The notes beneath the pieces are model-generated. The model saw only the letters and a list, made by a program, of their open reading frames with translations, was not told the DNA's origin and did not search any database. A stretch of 64,000 nt of DNA from the NCBI GenBank assembly GCA_977017575.1, contig CDRNVI010000039.1:434001-498000 (forward strand). The letters run 5' to 3'. Origin of the DNA: Paramoeba atlantica. Its lineage: Eukaryota > Protista > Discosea. Both the position numbers and the translations under genes were made by a program. Shown one piece after another: positions 59,355 through 64,000 of this stretch (the stretch's first letter is position 1; each line of letters opens with the position of its first letter).

Positions 59355-60188
59355 TTATATCTTGTTTCGAACTTTGGATTTGAATTGAATTTCTGTGTTC
59401 TGATGTTCTATATCTCTTAAATTCTTAGGAAACACAGAACTATCAATCTGACCATAAAGATCTCTATTGTTGCGCACAGACAAAAATATCAAACTTTTGG
59501 GAAGCTGGTCAAACAATACTAAGCCAGAAAAATAATTGTGGTGAAAGCTAACAAACTCAAGCGATTCCGACAAATGCCGCAGAGAAAGCGGCCCCGTAAA
59601 CCTGTTACTGGATAGGTAGAGATATTTCAAGTCCGGTAAGTGAGAGAGATCGACAGTACCAGAAAACTTATTCTTGTTGAGATATAGATGTTTTAACCCG
59701 GAAGGCAGGTTCGTTAAATCTACACTTCCTACAAATTGGTTGTCAGTCATTCTAATAGTCTCTAATTTGCTTGGTAGATGAGTTAGAGATATTTCCCCAA
59801 CAAAAGCATTGCTTGTTAATGTGAAGGATAGCAAATTTGGTGGCAAAAAACCAAGAACGACGAATCCGCCCAGTTTGTTATCGAAAAGATTACAAGCAAC
59901 TAAGGTATTAGGTAAGGACCCCCACTGTAAAGATCCGAGAAGATCAAACGAAATCCATTCGATTCTTCTCACATTTTGATCCATATCACACGTCACTCCT
60001 AGCCATTTGCATACGGATACACGTTGTTTACGTCCAAACATGTTCCTCTTACCTTTACGCCAAGACTGATGCCTTACAGTTAAATTGGAAATAAAGCTCT
60101 CGAGCATATCCTCTGGAGGTAACAACATAGAGTTGACTTTACCCCGACGTGAATCGAATCCGTCATCAATACAGTATTTTCCGTACAT
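59355..60188 (-). CDS. Leucine-rich repeat protein (expanded family, copy 3)
   Basis: CKWLGVTC cap, LLGSLQWGSLP, repeated FSGTVDLSHLP units. Confidence 0.9.
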   Translation of the reverse strand: MYGKYCIDDGFDSRRGKVNSMLLPPEDMLESFISNLTVRHQSWRKGKRNMFGRKQRVSVCKWLGVTCDMDQNVRRIEWISFDLLGSLQWGSLPNTLVACNLFDNKLGGFVVLGFLPPNLLSFTLTSNAFVGEISLTHLPSKLETIRMTDNQFVGSVDLTNLPSGLKHLYLNKNKFSGTVDLSHLPDLKYLYLSSNRFTGPLSLRHLSESLEFVSFHHNYFSGLVLFDQLPKSLIFLSVRNNRDLYGQIDSSVFPKNLRDIEHQNTEIQFKSKVRNKI

Positions 60189-60912
60189 TACTGGAAGTAT
60201 AAGCGAATATTCAAACTAGAAGAGGAGGAAAAAGTCGGATAGTAGAGTAGAGAAACTAGATTCAAATTGGAACGACGTAATATCTCGAGTAAAAGCAATT
60301 AAGTGTAACTCATTGGGTATGCAATACATTGAGAATATAACATAATGAATGTGAATTGTCAATTTCCAAAACTTGAAAAACGAAATATGTGAATGAAATT
60401 AAAAAAGAATTAATTAAAAAATGAATGAAATGAATATTCTACTCCCACATAATGAATGTAAAACAATGCCACCACTACCTACTTATCGAGATGCGCTACT
60501 TAAGTATCTTAAAAAAAGTTATTTCATATCTGTATCAATGTTTTAGAAGATTGTGGAGAAAAGAACTACCAGATTTAGTATAACTTGACTGCGGTCCTCT
60601 TTCTTTTACATGGTCACACCAATATCGTTTATAGAAACATTTGAACATTTATACAAACTTTTGATTCGGTAAATAAAATACTTTTACAAAGTGCAAGATT
60701 TTAATGTTCCCAGGCTACAAAAATTCGACACGCAGAAAACAGACGACACGCATAGGAGGCAAACACCTCTCAAGAAGAGTACCCCCATACCACATCGTGA
60801 ATTACACCGGTACTACTAATATACCCGAACATCTTGTGACCAAGAATATGGTGAGGGGGGTGACGAACCGTTATTTGACTACATTTGTAGTGTATGTTGC
60901 AGGTTTTTGGTT

Positions 60913-61845
60913 TATAAACCCCCCACAGCGAAAAGTCACCCCCCTCTAACTTTTCAGCCAAGTGTCCGTTTGAGCTCAGTTTTGTTGCATTTTGCTGTTC
61001 CCAGCACAAAGACTTTGCGCGTTAAAGCATGGAACCAAAACTCTCAAATGCGTGCATCCGATAGATGGATTATCACTTTCTTCACATTTTTCAAGAGACC
61101 AATTTCTCACACTTTAACTAATTAAATATTCTCCTCCCATGAGGAAATCAATTATTTCTGTCCGTTTTTGCTGATTTTTGTTGCAAACGAGAAATCTCGT
61201 TCTCCTAGCAAAGAGCTTTGCCGCCATTTTTTAATATTGACCCACTTGTGCCCCCTGGCCGCGGAGTGTTTGTTTTCTCAAATTAGTGTGGTATGACGAT
61301 GCAAAAAAATAGAACCTAAAAACAATATTCTTTTTCAGTTTCTAAAATGATCTAAAAATGGTGGGAACGTGTAGATCTCAGAATTTTGAACGAGAAAATG
61401 ATATCTTAACCCCCTTAGGCCCCTTCAAGCAAAAAGTAAAGAGGACAGCTTAAAAAAGTTGATTTATCACCGTTTCAAGAAAGAACCAATCAAAGACAAA
61501 TATTCCACCACGTGACAAATTGAATGTTTGTTATCTGTTTTTGATCATTTTTGTTGCAAACGAGAAATCTCGTTCCCCTAGCGAAGATCTGTAACGCCAT
61601 TTTCATGTTGACCCCCTTCTTCCCCCCTGGTCGAGGAACATGAGATTTTTCAGGTAATATTGACATGACTATGTAAAAACGTCATCAAAAAAATAAGTTT
61701 TAATTTCTTATCTGTGAAGAGGTCTAAAAACAGCGGGAACGTGCAGATCTCAAAATTTTGAACGAAAATGTGGTGCCGCAACCCCCCTAAGTCTCGTTGT
61801 ACCAAAAAAAGAGGGGGGTGACTTATTCGCTGTGTGGGGTTTATA
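60913..61845 (-). mobile_element. Non-autonomous Tc1-family element (MITE-like), inverted relative to the 51039 copy
   Basis: TIRs TATAAACCCC.CACAGCGAA(T)AAGTCACCCCCCTCT at both ends with TA termini. Subterminal sequences match the opposite ends of the 51039 copy. No DDE motifs found. Confidence 0.88.
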
Positions 61846-61907
61846 AGGCGCGCGAGTCACATGTGTGATCTTCTGTCGAGCGAGGTTTGGTATTCTATAA
61901 GTCGAAC

Positions 61908-62456
61908 TTACCTTTTCAGTTCTGCTTCACTCGAGAAACCTTTCTTGAAAACATTTCCAGAATGGAGTTTGAAAGTAGATTGATCCTTTGTAGTTTGCAT
62001 CAACTTTTTACAGAGATTAAAATTTTGGACACTGTGGTCTCGGGTATAGGTATCACTTGGAATATTTTTCCTTGTTAGATTCAGACGTACATAAACGAAA
62101 CCCTCGGCTCCTACTTCAACCTCATGGACTCGCTGACATTGAGACCCCATTTGCCACCCTGTCTCGCGGAGCACTCCTTCTAGGTATTGACATCCCTTAA
62201 AAATTTTCCTCCCCGAGAGCAAATCGATGTTGTAGCTGTGCCAAGGACACTGTATTGCATGAGCACCAAGCTCTTCAATATCAAGAATTGGACCTCTGCC
62301 CAGAGGTCCACCTCCGTGGTAGCATATGGAATCTATGCAATAGATTTGCCCCCTGTGATGAAGAAGCGTAAGCATCCTGCCTTCTAGTTCAATATGCTCC
62401 CGACTATGAGTCAATAAACTTGCGTCACGACAAACCAAATGCCATTCACTAGACAT
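61908..62456 (-). CDS. Soluble Rieske 2Fe-2S ferredoxin (RFESD-like)
   Basis: CYHGGGPL and IQCPWHSY Rieske ligand motifs; first ATG at 62456. Confidence 0.9.
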   Translation of the reverse strand: MSSEWHLVCRDASLLTHSREHIELEGRMLTLLHHRGQIYCIDSICYHGGGPLGRGPILDIEELGAHAIQCPWHSYNIDLLSGRKIFKGCQYLEGVLRETGWQMGSQCQRVHEVEVGAEGFVYVRLNLTRKNIPSDTYTRDHSVQNFNLCKKLMQTTKDQSTFKLHSGNVFKKGFSSEAELKR

Positions 62457-62941
62457 CTGTACCAACTTTAGAGGGAGGGGGAATTCATAGACAATGAATG
62501 AGAAAATCTCCGTAGGACGAAAATCGTTTACTAAAAAATTCGTTTTTTGAAGTGAATATTATCGTAAAATTCGTTATAAAGACCTGTCTATCTGCATTCG
62601 TACGCTAGCATCAATCTGCCGAAAATAGAGAAAAGGTATCCTTCAATGTTTTAAAAAATGATCAGAAAACGATTGAATGGAAAGATACGTTGAACTCATT
62701 ACGTTGTAATTTATATTGCACTAGAATGCATATTTCTGTAAATGCGTTCACGATAAGAGAATCACTGATTAACGACCAAAAAATATCACGCAGGAGATAC
62801 ATGTAGAGACGTGCAGAAAAAATGAACAGTATGAAGGGAAAAGAATACCACTGCAGCCGTTCCCAATAAACAAACGATATAACAATCAAACAAGTTTCCT
62901 GTATCATGAGCAATCTTCATTTTCAACCTTCCTTCAGTGGA

Positions 62942-63955
62942 TTAAATATCCACCGCTGGATTCGGAATTCCTTCGCTTTTTCGCCTCTTTCCAACAGCGT
63001 CGGCAAGCGAAATTGTGATTTCCTCATCGGCGTGCTGCTTTTTCTCCTTCTCGTGCTTGAAACGGCGTTTCGTCATAGTATCCACCTTTTGCTTACCGAC
63101 GTGAACTTGGCCCTTAAGATCACCAAGCCGATCGCGTTGCACCCCTTTGGAGCTTTTAGCCAGACGGGGTTGACGGCATGCTCTTTTAAAAAAGGCTGCA
63201 TTCGCGAAACGAAGGCGTCGGATTTCAAACTGCAGTAACAAGCCATCATCGGAAGTCACACTCAGTGTCTTCGTTCCGCTACTCGGTAACAATGCTACGT
63301 GTCGAAGAGAAAGGATAACCTTACCCTTGGGAAAAGTAACTATTTTTAGATTCTCTGTGGGTAGCTCAGTGTCTTCCAACTCAGCTGTGCATTCTAAGTG
63401 AAGTACCAACGCGCGGTCCGCACCACACAAGTTTAAATTTTCCACCGCCGTGCCCCCGAAAAAATCCAAAAGCAGGTTTTGCAAACGGCGGAAAATGGAA
63501 AATTCAAAAGCAGCACCCAAAAACAATAATATTGGCTTGTGGCCGTGTGAGCCCCTCAGACCTTTGAGCTTTTGCTCAAAATTAGCAAGACCAAGCTCGA
63601 CCAGATCAAGAAGTTGAGAGTTGTGATGTCTCCCAAGCACAATACCGTGTGGCCTTTTCTTGCTGTGATGGGAGAAGCAGAACAAACTGCAGTCGTTTTG
63701 GAATGAAAGGAAGTTCAATGAATCTACGCGTTCGAATGGCACCAGATCGTTATTATCTCGTAGCTTGACGGCGTGTTGTGACGATTGAAGCTTTGAAATA
63801 GCGTTTAAAACTTCCTTATCGACTGCGCTACTTTTTTTCCCATGCAAATACATAGTTTGCTTTGGGTTCTCGTTCAAAAGAGGCATTTTTTTATCTACTG
63901 CTCGTTTCGTCTTTATATTTTTCGGCTTTCTCCGAACATAGGGACTAGGTTCCAT
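62942..63955 (-). CDS. RPF2: Brix-domain ribosome biogenesis factor RPF2
   Basis: ENPKQTMYLHG, PFE...L.FLS..NDCSLF.FSHHSKKRPH..VLGR...QLLDLVELG; ATG at 63955. Confidence 0.92.
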   Translation of the reverse strand: MEPSPYVRRKPKNIKTKRAVDKKMPLLNENPKQTMYLHGKKSSAVDKEVLNAISKLQSSQHAVKLRDNNDLVPFERVDSLNFLSFQNDCSLFCFSHHSKKRPHGIVLGRHHNSQLLDLVELGLANFEQKLKGLRGSHGHKPILLFLGAAFEFSIFRRLQNLLLDFFGGTAVENLNLCGADRALVLHLECTAELEDTELPTENLKIVTFPKGKVILSLRHVALLPSSGTKTLSVTSDDGLLLQFEIRRLRFANAAFFKRACRQPRLAKSSKGVQRDRLGDLKGQVHVGKQKVDTMTKRRFKHEKEKKQHADEEITISLADAVGKRRKSEGIPNPAVDI

Positions 63956-64000
63956 GTGGAATAAATATAAAGAAAAAAAGGTATTAACGTTCACTTTTTC

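Noticed and set aside
9752-63994. TTG/GTG starts suggested by the ORF track for RtcB, PPR, methyltransferase, LRR2, SseB-like, Rieske and RPF2
   Set aside because: Each has an in-frame ATG within 3-16 codons, so there is no need to invoke non-AUG initiation, unlike the USP gene.
1-64000. Non-standard genetic code, SL RNA gene, rRNA, CRISPR array
   Set aside because: Conserved genes terminate at TAA, TAG and TGA without in-frame read-through. No SL-like 39-mer, rRNA segment or repeat-spacer array was seen; the 10-bp arrays have no spacers.

Overview
Eukaryotic, gene-dense, apparently intronless window. About 40 host genes all lie head-to-tail on the minus strand. This layout, plus a DEK-C/2xHMG (TDP1-like) protein, a PPR protein and an extended mitochondrial bL17, points to a kinetoplastid polycistronic unit, probably a compact Perkinsela-like (prokinetoplastid) genome. 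That assignment is inference, not a database result. Most genes are housekeeping: COPB2, RtcB, PP4R3, 14-3-3, USP, OXA1, ferredoxin, FKBP12, PMS2, RPB9, PSMB3, MND1, RPF2 and others. Five things stand out. (1) Recurrent ~0.3-1.2 kb GC-rich islands are always C-rich on the left and G-rich on the right of the + strand, ignore gene boundaries and reshape the encoded proteins. (2) Three DNA-transposon superfamilies are present: Tc1/mariner (3 copies), a PIF/Harbinger-like element with TIRs, a 3-bp TSD and an intact orphan Cys-rich ORF, and a Merlin relic into which that element appears to have inserted. (3) A USP gene has a long open 5' frame with no AUG. (4) The palindrome TACATGTA recurs outside genes. 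(5) Several proteins are bacterial-like or degenerate. All family calls are by-eye motif recognition and all counts are manual.
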